Positions 19,456 through 27,996 of a stretch of 59,725 nucleotides of DNA are shown here, one piece after another. A program made the position numbers and the translations under genes. Source of the stretch: an uncultured Campylobacteraceae bacterium (GTDB taxonomy: Bacteria; Campylobacterota; Campylobacteria; Campylobacterales; JALSKU01); NCBI GenBank assembly GCA_964556545.1, contig CAZKWE010000053.1:1-59725 (forward strand). Direction: 5' to 3'. The notes under the pieces were generated by a model. That model was not told the origin of the DNA. It searched no databases and saw only the letters and a program-made list of their open reading frames with translations. Every line of letters starts with the position of its first letter. The stretch's first letter is position 1.

Positions 19456-21270
19456 ATGAAGAGAGTTATTGAACTGTTTAAAAAAAATAATCTTTTGAGA
19501 GTTATAGAAGATGAAGTAGATATAGATTTGGAAATAGCCCATATAGCTTATATAGAAGTAAAAAAAGAGAATTCAAAAGCACTATTGTTTACCAATCCTG
19601 TTTCCAAAAGACTTAATAAAAAATTTAAGATGCCGGTTTTAATGAATACTTTCGGCTCATATAAAGCTACTGAGCTTATATTTGATAAAAAGCCCGAGGA
19701 AATTGCCAATAATATCGAAGAGCTTTTACATTTGAAACCACCGCAAGGATTTGCTAAGAAAATTGAAATGTTTGCTAAGCTTTTTGAGCTTAGAAAAATT
19801 TTTCCAAAAAGAAGCACCAAAAAAGGCGAATGTCAAGAGGTTATAATTAAAAAAGAAAAAGTCAATCTTTTTGATATACCTGTTTTAAAGACATGGCCTG
19901 AAGATGGCGGTGCTTTTATAACTATGGGTCAAGTATATACCCAAAGTCTTGACGGTACAAAACAAAATCTCGGAATGTACAGACTTCAGGTTTATGAAAA
20001 AAATAGACTTGGAATGCACTGGCAAATACATAAAGATGCAGCCCATTTTTTTCACGAATATAAAAAAGCAGGTAAAAAAATGCCCGTATCTGTTGCTATT
20101 GGCGGAGACCCTCTTTATATATGGTGTGGTCAAGCTCCTATGCCAAACGGTATGTTTGAACTGCTTTTGTATGGTTTAATCAAAGAAGAAAATCCAAAAC
20201 TTGTCAAATCAATTACAAATCCTATTTATATACCAAGTGATGTCGATATAGTCATAGAGGGTTGGGTAGATCCGGCAAAATCGGAAATTGAAGGACCTTT
20301 TGGAGATCATACCGGCTACTATACTTTAAAAGAACCCTATCCCGTAATGGATGTAACTTGTATAACCTATAAAAAAGAACCCGTATATCAAGCAACAGTA
20401 GTTGGCAAACCGCCTTTGGAAGATAAGTATATGGGATGGGCAACCGAGAGGATTTTTTTACCACTTTTAAAGACTACGACTCCTGATCTTATAGACTATA
20501 GAATGCCTGAAAACGGTGTTTTTCATAACTTGATTCTTGCAAAGATGAATGTTATGTATCCGGGTCATGCCAAACAGTTTATGCATGCTTTTTGGGGAGT
20601 AGGGCAGATGAGTTTTGTTAAGCATGCCATATTTGTTGCAAATGATGCACCGGAACTTGGGAATTATGAACAATTGAGTGATTATATACTTGATAGAATC
20701 AGCAAGGATAATATCATAATAAGCGAAGGTGTGTGTGATGCACTTGATCATTCAAGTCCAAGTTATGCTTATGGCGGAAAGCTTGGTATCGACTGTACAA
20801 GCGATAATGTAAATTTTCCAAAAAAAGAGATTATTAGTGATGAAAAACTATTTGAAAAGATACAGCAAATTTCAAAAGATGTAATTGAAATAAAACAGTA
20901 TAAAACATATACCAAAACCCCTGTAACAGTTTTGAAAATTAAAAAAACAGAACCGGTTGTCAAGTTGTATGAAAAACTTAAAGAGATAAAACAGTATACA
21001 AAATTACTTATATTTGTAGATGATAAAAAAAATAATTTACATAATCCATATATGCTAATTTGGAGAGTTGCAAACAATATAGATGCAAAAAGGGATGTTT
21101 ATCTTGAAGAAGAGTTTATAGGTGTAAATGCAACTGATAAAAACAGCTTAGACGGTTATGATAGAGAATGGCCGGGGGATACTGACTGCGATGAAAATGT
21201 TATACAATTGCTTCAAAAGAGAAACCTTGTAGATATAAATAAAGAATTTCTTGAAAAGTTTTATATTTAG
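19456..21270 (+). CDS. mqnL: UbiD-family menaquinone (futalosine pathway) decarboxylase
   Basis: NLGMYRLQV, EGPFGDHTGYY, GKPPLED, FWGVGQM and DALDH. 604 aa, as for the Campylobacterota form. Confidence 0.88.
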   Translation: MKRVIELFKKNNLLRVIEDEVDIDLEIAHIAYIEVKKENSKALLFTNPVSKRLNKKFKMPVLMNTFGSYKATELIFDKKPEEIANNIEELLHLKPPQGFAKKIEMFAKLFELRKIFPKRSTKKGECQEVIIKKEKVNLFDIPVLKTWPEDGGAFITMGQVYTQSLDGTKQNLGMYRLQVYEKNRLGMHWQIHKDAAHFFHEYKKAGKKMPVSVAIGGDPLYIWCGQAPMPNGMFELLLYGLIKEENPKLVKSITNPIYIPSDVDIVIEGWVDPAKSEIEGPFGDHTGYYTLKEPYPVMDVTCITYKKEPVYQATVVGKPPLEDKYMGWATERIFLPLLKTTTPDLIDYRMPENGVFHNLILAKMNVMYPGHAKQFMHAFWGVGQMSFVKHAIFVANDAPELGNYEQLSDYILDRISKDNIIISEGVCDALDHSSPSYAYGGKLGIDCTSDNVNFPKKEIISDEKLFEKIQQISKDVIEIKQYKTYTKTPVTVLKIKKTEPVVKLYEKLKEIKQYTKLLIFVDDKKNNLHNPYMLIWRVANNIDAKRDVYLEEEFIGVNATDKNSLDGYDREWPGDTDCDENVIQLLQKRNLVDINKEFLEKFYI

Positions 21271-21287
21271 AGATATTTTTTCAGAAA

Positions 21288-21512
21288 TTACTTTAAAAAT
21301 TCTTTTGTTTTTTTAAGTTTTTGCATTTGAGAAAGTATCTTGTTTTTTTCATTTTTTAAAAGATCATTTGCCTGTTTTATGAGAGCCAGAGCCGTCTGGC
21401 TCTCTTGAAGAGTTTTAAATATCGGAATTTTGTGGCTCAATGCTTCAATTTGTTCAAAATTTTCATTTATAATTGCCAGCTTTAAAGAGTCAATCCAAAT
21501 TTTTTTTTGCAT
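21288..21512 (-). CDS. Small helical protein, FliT-like
   Basis: WIDSLKLAII...helical coiled coil, directly downstream of and overlapping fliS, at the fliT position of the Helicobacter fliD-fliS-fliT order. Confidence 0.55.
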   Translation of the reverse strand: MQKKIWIDSLKLAIINENFEQIEALSHKIPIFKTLQESQTALALIKQANDLLKNEKNKILSQMQKLKKTKEFLK

Positions 21513-21870
21513 TTATCTCTCTCCAGGCTTCTAAAAGTCCTTTTACTACTTTGTTTACGGTTGCTAAATCCTCTATGGAATTTTTTGCATTTGCCAATGA
21601 AAGCAGTTGAATTTGATAAGAGTACAATCCGTTTAAATATTTGGCAACTTCTCCACCGTTAAAATTTAATGAATTGATCAATTCTACAAAGATATCTACC
21701 GATCTGTTAATCCAGTATGATTTTCTTTCATAATTTTTTTGCTCTATGGCTTTTTTTGCCTGAAAATTAAATCTAAGTATTCCTTCATATAACATTTCGA
21801 TTAGTTTTTCTTTTGATTCGATGGATATATTGTTTTGTGTATATTCACTATATGCCAAATTAGTTCTCAT
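21490..21870 (-). CDS. fliS: Flagellin chaperone FliS
   Basis: AYSEY, LIEMLYEGIL, GGEVAKYLNGLY and GLLEAWRE. Confidence 0.96.
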   Translation of the reverse strand: MRTNLAYSEYTQNNISIESKEKLIEMLYEGILRFNFQAKKAIEQKNYERKSYWINRSVDIFVELINSLNFNGGEVAKYLNGLYSYQIQLLSLANAKNSIEDLATVNKVVKGLLEAWREINAKKNLD

Positions 21871-21882
21871 GATTATATCCTT

Positions 21883-23256
21883 TTATTGTTTTGTAGTTAA
21901 GAAATTTTGTATTTGCATCTGCAAAGATTGTGACTGTGCATTGAATGTTGAAATGATATTGTCATATGCTGCAAATTTTTTTGCCAATATATTGTATTTG
22001 TTTTCAATTTGTTTTGTCTGTTTGTCTTTTTGTTCCTCAAGATTTTTTAAATTTTCGTCAAGATATGTCTTATACAGTTTTATTTCACTGTTTTGGTCCA
22101 TAAAGATTGATTCTAATTTATCGTTTAAGTTTGCAAAAAGTCCTTTTTCCGGGTGTGTGTCGGTTTCTCCTTTGAAAAAATCCCTAACACTATTCGGATC
22201 AGTTTGTATTTTATTCTCAAGTACCGATTCGTCAAGTTCTAAATGCCCTGTACTGTTTTGTGTAATACCAAAATCAGCCAAAGATTTATTTGAACTGTCA
22301 AAACTAAATATGGTATTGTTTATATCGTATTTTATGCCTCTAATTTGACTTACACCTTGAAAAATACCCTGTTCTTTTGTCTTAATGTCATATTTTGTAG
22401 CTGCATCAAGGTTATCTACAAGGTTATTGTAGGCTGAAATAAAAGATTTTACCGTATCTTTTAAAGTATCCGTATCTTGTGATATTTTTATAGTGGTTTT
22501 TCCCGTATCGATCAGTTTTATTTCAACTCCCGCAACCAAATCATTTATATCGTTTGTACTTCTTGTGATATTGACACCGTTAAAAGTAAAATTTGCATCT
22601 TGTGCACCGTTGCCAACAGTTGTCAAAGACAAATCATCAGCTGCCGTACCGCCACCTGTTGAACTGATGGTTATAGCATTATCGGCTCCTGTTTCTGCAG
22701 ATTTGATAATCAACTTATACGGATCATCACCACCTACATTTAAGATAGAAGCAGTTATTTTACCGTTAGAGTTCTCATTTATTAATTGTTTTAATTGAGA
22801 AATAGTAGTGTTTTGATCTACTGAAATGCTAAAATTATCACCATTTGCCAATTCAAATTTAAGTGTATCGGCTCCGTCTGTAAAAGTACTTGTCTCTTGA
22901 TTGAAAGATTTTGACTCTTTTATATCATTTGTTGCTATATTTGTTATATCAAGATTGATAGACTGAGAAGGGGTGCCGTCTACAACTGTAGCAGTTGCCG
23001 AACTTCCGGTTATATCAGTAGAAACTTTCGAGTAAATACTATCATATGACAAAGTACTTGCACTACCTTTTAGAGTAGCTAAGAGTGTAGTCAAGTTTGC
23101 TAAAGAATCTTCTCTTTTTTTATCAAGTGAAATTTTTTTATCAAGCGGTTTTATAAGAGCATCTTGATCGGCTTTTTTCAACTTATCTATAATATCATAA
23201 CTAAGAGCTCCCTGACTACCGAGTCCCAAACTGCTTAAAGCACCAAAATCACCCAT
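21883..23256 (-). CDS. fliD: Flagellar filament cap FliD
   Basis: LSSLGLGS..LSYDIIDKLK N-terminus, AQDANFTFNGV..TRSTN and C-terminal KFAAYD helix. Confidence 0.95.
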   Translation of the reverse strand: MGDFGALSSLGLGSQGALSYDIIDKLKKADQDALIKPLDKKISLDKKREDSLANLTTLLATLKGSASTLSYDSIYSKVSTDITGSSATATVVDGTPSQSINLDITNIATNDIKESKSFNQETSTFTDGADTLKFELANGDNFSISVDQNTTISQLKQLINENSNGKITASILNVGGDDPYKLIIKSAETGADNAITISSTGGGTAADDLSLTTVGNGAQDANFTFNGVNITRSTNDINDLVAGVEIKLIDTGKTTIKISQDTDTLKDTVKSFISAYNNLVDNLDAATKYDIKTKEQGIFQGVSQIRGIKYDINNTIFSFDSSNKSLADFGITQNSTGHLELDESVLENKIQTDPNSVRDFFKGETDTHPEKGLFANLNDKLESIFMDQNSEIKLYKTYLDENLKNLEEQKDKQTKQIENKYNILAKKFAAYDNIISTFNAQSQSLQMQIQNFLTTKQ

Positions 23257-23259
23257 AAA

Positions 23260-23640
23260 TTATCCTTTTTTATCAAAAATCATACCTATGATTTCTTTCA
23301 TTTTTTCAGCTAATTTCATTGTCTCTTCAGAAGGAATTTTTCTGATGAGTTTACCTGTATTTTTCTCTGTTACATCAACAAACATAGTATCAATTTTGTC
23401 ATTAAAGCCAAATTTTATATTGATATTTAGTGAATCCATTTGGTCATTCAATCTTTTGACCGTATTGTTTAAATGTTGTTGAATATCTTTTTTATCCCGT
23501 TTGTTTTTTATCTCACTGCTTGTAGTGGTTGTATTTTGCTGGATTTGCTGTTTTTTTTGCAAATCAGATGTTTTAGCATGATCAGCATTGTAACTCGTTG
23601 TAGAGTCTATTTGCTTGCTTACGACATTAAATATATCCAT
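23260..23640 (-). CDS. flaG: Flagellar protein FlaG
   Basis: LNDQM..NINIKFGF..VDVTE..TGKLIRKIPSEE and GMIFDKKG C-terminus. The start may be GTG 23643. Confidence 0.93.
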   Translation of the reverse strand: MDIFNVVSKQIDSTTSYNADHAKTSDLQKKQQIQQNTTTTSSEIKNKRDKKDIQQHLNNTVKRLNDQMDSLNINIKFGFNDKIDTMFVDVTEKNTGKLIRKIPSEETMKLAEKMKEIIGMIFDKKG

Positions 23641-23676
23641 CACTTAACTCCTTTTGCTTTTGATTGCTTATCTCTA

Positions 23677-23703
23677 ATATCGTCAATTGTATTATAAACT
23701 TTA
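23677..23703 (-). promoter_or_regulatory. sigma28 (FliA) promoter for flaG-fliD-fliS
   Basis: Minus strand reads TAAA-N15-GACGATAT, matching the TAAA-N15-GCCGATAA consensus. Confidence 0.8.
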
Positions 23704-23712
23704 GAAAATTTT

Positions 23713-23721
23713 TGGTACAAT
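23713..23721 (+). promoter_or_regulatory. Extended -10 (sigma70-type) element for the hypothetical-rsmD pair
   Basis: TGgTACAAT 25 nt upstream of TTG 23747, back-to-back with the flaG sigma28 promoter. Confidence 0.5.
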
Positions 23722-23746
23722 AAAAGAAAAAATCAAAGGGTAGTGT

Positions 23747-24109
23747 TTGAAGATATCTATAATGTGTGATTCTTTGCTGTTGCAAAACAGTTTGGAAATT
23801 TTTTTAAGAGAGTATTTATCATCATACAAACAGTGTGAACTGGTGCTTAGTGATAAAAAGAGAGATTTGCAAAAACCCGTTATTGTTATAAATTCATCAA
23901 ATGACTCAGATATCAAAATACCATTTTCCAAATCATCATTGCTATTGGGGCTTCAAGAACTTTATAGATTAAAATATCCGGCAAAAGATAATAAAAATAA
24001 AAATATAAAAAAAGACAAACTTTGGAAATTGGAAAGAAAGATAGACAAATTGACACTTCAGTTTAGAGAAAATCTTATACAAACCATCAGGGATTTTTAT
24101 GAGGAATAA
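23747..24109 (+). CDS. Conserved Campylobacterota hypothetical protein upstream of rsmD
   Basis: 120-aa ORF, C-terminal coiled coil, overlaps the rsmD start. Confidence 0.75.
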   Translation: MKISIMCDSLLLQNSLEIFLREYLSSYKQCELVLSDKKRDLQKPVIVINSSNDSDIKIPFSKSSLLLGLQELYRLKYPAKDNKNKNIKKDKLWKLERKIDKLTLQFRENLIQTIRDFYEE

Positions 24110-24674
24110 ACTTTTTACAGCTATTAGCGGTGGAAAATACAAAGGTAAAAAATTATTGCTTCCTCCTTTATCATCAACAAGAAGCACAAAATCAATCATT
24201 AAAGAATCGTTTTTTAATACTGTGCAGTTTGAAATAATACAAAAAAATTTTATAGAACTGTTTGCAGGCAGTGGATCGATGGGACTTGAAGCAATCAGCA
24301 GAGGTGCAAAGAGAGCTTATTTCGTAGAAAAAGACGAAAATGCCTATGAAATACTATTGCAAAATATAGCAAGCTTAAATGTGGAAGATAAGTGCAGTGC
24401 CGTATATGGTAATACTTTTGTAGAATTTTACAATATAATAGAAAATATAGAAGAAAAAAGTTATTTTTATTTTGATCCTCCTTTTGAAATAAGAGATGGC
24501 ATGAATGAAATATATGAAAAATGTTATCAGCTTATAAAAAATATTCCGACTCAAAAATGCGAACTTATAGCCATAGAGCATATGAGCAGTATCGTGCCAC
24601 ATAGAGAAATTGGCAGTTATAAAATGCAAAAAAGTAAAAAATTCGGAAAAACAACAATAAGCTATTATAGATAA
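24099..24674 (+). CDS. rsmD: 16S rRNA m2G966 methyltransferase RsmD
   Basis: ISGGKYKGKKL, FIELFAGSGSMGLEAISRGA, FDPPF and KKFGKT. Confidence 0.93.
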   Translation: MRNKLFTAISGGKYKGKKLLLPPLSSTRSTKSIIKESFFNTVQFEIIQKNFIELFAGSGSMGLEAISRGAKRAYFVEKDENAYEILLQNIASLNVEDKCSAVYGNTFVEFYNIIENIEEKSYFYFDPPFEIRDGMNEIYEKCYQLIKNIPTQKCELIAIEHMSSIVPHREIGSYKMQKSKKFGKTTISYYR

Positions 24675-24730
24675 TATTTATTGATATTTAAAAATATTGC
24701 ATTTGGTTTGATGCTGTATTGTAAATATTG

Positions 24731-27700
24731 TTATTTGATTGACCAGAATCTTCCTCCTATTGTCTTTTCAATCTCAACTTTTCCATTTTTAACCGAAACT
24801 TCTTCCTGCACAGATGATTTCTCTTCGTGTGTAATGTCATCATCATATATCTCGGCAATTATATTTAGATTATAAGATACTTTGTATTTGCCATTTCCTT
24901 CAGGCTGTATATTTAATCCTGAAATTTTATACTCTATCTCATCAAAAACTCTAAAAGTTCTATTTAGATTATCTTCCAAATCAGATATATCTCCACCGGC
25001 ATATGACCAATCAGGAGAAAGAAAACTAACTACTCTACTCTCATCTTTTGACTCATAAGCCTCTTTAAAAGCTCTGTAAAAATCTTCTATTTTACGCTTG
25101 TCCTCTTCAGATAGACGGGAGGAGAGTCTTATATTTTTATTTATAGTAGGTTTTGCAACGGTTGATTTGCCAATCGAAATAGTAATAGCAGCATGAGTCA
25201 ATTTTGAATTTGCTTCAGGGTGCTGAAACCACACAATCCCTGCTTTGTGCTCCTTGTTGTATAGTTTTTTAATCCCAAATCCAAATTTTTTCAAGAGAGC
25301 TTCCGCCTCTTTTTCAGTTTTTCCGACAACAGATGGTACTTTGTCTAACAATTTATAAACATATAGAGTGACAGTTGATCCGTTTTTTACTTTTGTCTTG
25401 TACGGAGGAACTGTCTTTTGTACCACTCCGTTTAAGGTAGAGAGGGCTGTATGTACATTCACTATCTTATAGTTCAAATTCTTTACATATTTTTTAAGCA
25501 AATCTATAGCTTTGCTTTTTGATATGCCAGTCAATTTTGGCACGGTTACAAGATTTGAATACTTATATACCGTGATATTTACTGTTGAATTTGGTTTTGC
25601 TTCTACCCCGGATTTTGGAGTTTGGGATTTGACTTTGTTATTTAAATTTTTATTGTCTGTTATATAGTATGTCACTCTCTCTTTAAAACCGTTTTTTCGG
25701 ATGATTTTTATGGCCGTATCTTTACTAATTGCAACAACAGAAGGCACCAAAGAGTGCAGAGAATAAACCGAAAATGTAACTATCGAACCCCTCTTGACGA
25801 TAGTTCCCCAAGGAGGAGTTGAGCCTGGTTTAATCTTTCCGTTTAAGCTTGAAAATTTTGTACTCTCGTAGATAACTTTTGGTATGAGACCGGCATCTTT
25901 TATCTTTTTAATGGTTGCATCAACTGTTGTTGCAAGTGCCGGAACTTTGACTATATCTGATTTTGTGGGTGGATTTTTTTTGACATTTTCCGGTAGTTTT
26001 TGATTTGGTTTCAATTTAACAGTTAAAAATATCGTACTGTCATATCCATACTGACATCTGCTACCTCCTCTAGGAGATGTTGCTATCACGGTTCCAGCCG
26101 GTAAAGATGTGACATGTTTAACATACGACGAAGCCTCGCTTTCAAATCGTATATCTCTAAATCCTTTCTTTACTAAAATACTCTTTGCAATCTCAGGAGT
26201 AGCACCTAATACACTTGGCATTATCGGCATCTCTTGAGCATTTATGTCTGCTACAAGCAGTGTCATTCTCTCTGATTTACTTCTCACAACACCTATGGCA
26301 GGATCATCCATCTGCCCCAACACATCCAATACAGTTCCATCAATTGCACCTATCTTTTTCTCTTTTTTGACCGTAACATTTGTAAAGCCCAATTCTTTCA
26401 TCTCTTTTCTGGCATCTTTTATGGTTTTTCCACGAATATCAGGAGGTACGATGGCTTCATCCGATCTCATTTTTGGTATATAGACTTTTTTTCGGCAAAA
26501 AAGCTTGACTGTTTGAAATGTTTTGATCTTGCTTCCCCAAGCAGGATCTGATCGAACAAGTATATTTCCCTCTTTATATGATCTGTTTTCTACCTTCTCT
26601 GTTTTAAAATAGACCTTTCCTAATCTTGCTTTTAGTTTTTCAATATCTTTGTTTATGCCATCGCACTTTCTATTTTCCCAGTTTGGCAATATAGTCTCTT
26701 TTAGTTTTATCGTCGCTATCTTTACTTCAGAACCAGGAGCTATACAACTTATCTTCTCATCAAGAACTTTACCCTCTGCTATCTTATAAACAGATTTGTG
26801 ATTTTTTATATAATTCAATACATCCACATAGACAACTTTTGGTTTAAAACCGGCTCTCTTTAGTTTTGTGAGAGCATTGTTTATATCTTGATTTTTAACA
26901 TTTGGAGGATAGATACATTTTATAAGTTTGTAAACTTTTACATGTACTTTGGTAGGTCGAAACAGTATAGTTCCCGCTTTGACATCTTGATAATAAATTT
27001 TACCATCAAGTTTTCTGTTTTTTGCATTTTCTGCTATCTTTTTATAGGTTGGAGTTATGATGAGATATCTGTTTTGCTTAGCCTTTTGTAAACTCCACCC
27101 CTTGGTTAAATCAGGCATTTTAATCTTTGGAAAAGCATAAATCTGCACACCTATATATCTTGGTTTTTTGATTAAAGAGCCAGCCTTTATGCTTTGAGAA
27201 AATATCTTTCCATAGAGTTTAGGATTGGTTGTTTTTTTATATATATCTTGAATATATCCTATGGGAAGTTTGTATTTTTTTATCTTCGCCTTCGCTTCTT
27301 CTAATGTTAGCCCTTTAAGGTTTACCATTTTTTTTATCGGACCGGCATATTTATAAACATATAGTGTCAAAAGCACATTTCCATTTGCATCATACAAAGT
27401 GCTGCCACTTGAAGCATAACTTCTGTTTTTGCTTGGACCTTGCACCCATACTCTTTTTGTTTTTGAGCCAGAAAAAGAGGGAACAGTAATAGTTTCATAA
27501 TGCCCGTAAGAACTATCGTGTGTACTGCCTCCAGCAGAAGCAGGTGAACCTTTTGCAACGATAGTTTGTCCAGGATTTATGCTTTGTTTATAGATTCTGT
27601 TATATTTATCTGATGTAGTTGGAGTGTATAAAATCTTCAATGATATATTGGAATTTTTTAACTCTTTTTTTACTTCATCTATCCCTTTGCCTATAAAATC

Positions 27701-27961
27701 TTTCATGCGAAAGCTGTTGTACCAAACCGCATATACAACTCTATTTGAGATATGTATCTCATCTATCTTGTCAAATTGTGATATGTTTCTTGCGGGTCGA
27801 TATCTAAATCTAACACGAAAATGCATCTGATTCGCTTTGTTTATCAACTCTCGACCGCTTTTAAGGCTACCAAAAGGATTATATGCTGCCAAACTGTTTG
27901 TCGTTATCACCAATAGCAAAGCGATCATTGCCAACCATATGTGCTTAATTAAAATTTTCAT
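24731..27961 (-). CDS. Secreted poly-PASTA protein (~11-12 repeats) with C-terminal NTF2-like domain
   Basis: Sec signal peptide (ITTNSLA|A). Repeated ~65-70-aa units such as VPSVVGKTEKEAEALLKKFGF...GIVWFQHPEANSKL...ITISIG and VPKLTGISKSKAIDLL...GVVQKTVPPYKTKVKNGSTVTLYVY. Final ~125 aa has a helix-helix-beta-sheet NTF2/SnoaL pattern. AGGA RBS upstream. Confidence 0.85.
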   Translation of the reverse strand: MKILIKHIWLAMIALLLVITTNSLAAYNPFGSLKSGRELINKANQMHFRVRFRYRPARNISQFDKIDEIHISNRVVYAVWYNSFRMKDFIGKGIDEVKKELKNSNISLKILYTPTTSDKYNRIYKQSINPGQTIVAKGSPASAGGSTHDSSYGHYETITVPSFSGSKTKRVWVQGPSKNRSYASSGSTLYDANGNVLLTLYVYKYAGPIKKMVNLKGLTLEEAKAKIKKYKLPIGYIQDIYKKTTNPKLYGKIFSQSIKAGSLIKKPRYIGVQIYAFPKIKMPDLTKGWSLQKAKQNRYLIITPTYKKIAENAKNRKLDGKIYYQDVKAGTILFRPTKVHVKVYKLIKCIYPPNVKNQDINNALTKLKRAGFKPKVVYVDVLNYIKNHKSVYKIAEGKVLDEKISCIAPGSEVKIATIKLKETILPNWENRKCDGINKDIEKLKARLGKVYFKTEKVENRSYKEGNILVRSDPAWGSKIKTFQTVKLFCRKKVYIPKMRSDEAIVPPDIRGKTIKDARKEMKELGFTNVTVKKEKKIGAIDGTVLDVLGQMDDPAIGVVRSKSERMTLLVADINAQEMPIMPSVLGATPEIAKSILVKKGFRDIRFESEASSYVKHVTSLPAGTVIATSPRGGSRCQYGYDSTIFLTVKLKPNQKLPENVKKNPPTKSDIVKVPALATTVDATIKKIKDAGLIPKVIYESTKFSSLNGKIKPGSTPPWGTIVKRGSIVTFSVYSLHSLVPSVVAISKDTAIKIIRKNGFKERVTYYITDNKNLNNKVKSQTPKSGVEAKPNSTVNITVYKYSNLVTVPKLTGISKSKAIDLLKKYVKNLNYKIVNVHTALSTLNGVVQKTVPPYKTKVKNGSTVTLYVYKLLDKVPSVVGKTEKEAEALLKKFGFGIKKLYNKEHKAGIVWFQHPEANSKLTHAAITISIGKSTVAKPTINKNIRLSSRLSEEDKRKIEDFYRAFKEAYESKDESRVVSFLSPDWSYAGGDISDLEDNLNRTFRVFDEIEYKISGLNIQPEGNGKYKVSYNLNIIAEIYDDDITHEEKSSVQEEVSVKNGKVEIEKTIGGRFWSIK
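25167..27715 (-). repeat. Array of 11 diverged PASTA-domain repeats (plus one degenerate unit at ~27716-27886)
   Basis: Each unit shows [VM]P-x-[LV]-x-G-x-[ST]-x-x-x-A, then (G)-x-[VI]-x-x-[QT]-x-P-x-x-G, then a terminal [VI]-x-[LIF]-x-[VI]-Y strand. I saw no long DNA-level identity between units. Confidence 0.8.
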
Positions 27962-27996
27962 CTATGATTCCTGTAAATATATTGAGTAAATGGGTT

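Noticed and set aside
24693-24720. Imperfect hairpin between convergent rsmD and the PASTA gene
   Set aside because: Mostly A-U pairs with a mismatch and a wobble. Too weak to call as a terminator.
24731-27961. Interpretation as a PknB-like Ser/Thr kinase or a PBP
   Set aside because: No kinase (HRD/DFG, GxGxxG) or transpeptidase (SxxK/SxN/KTG in context) domain, and no internal TM helix.
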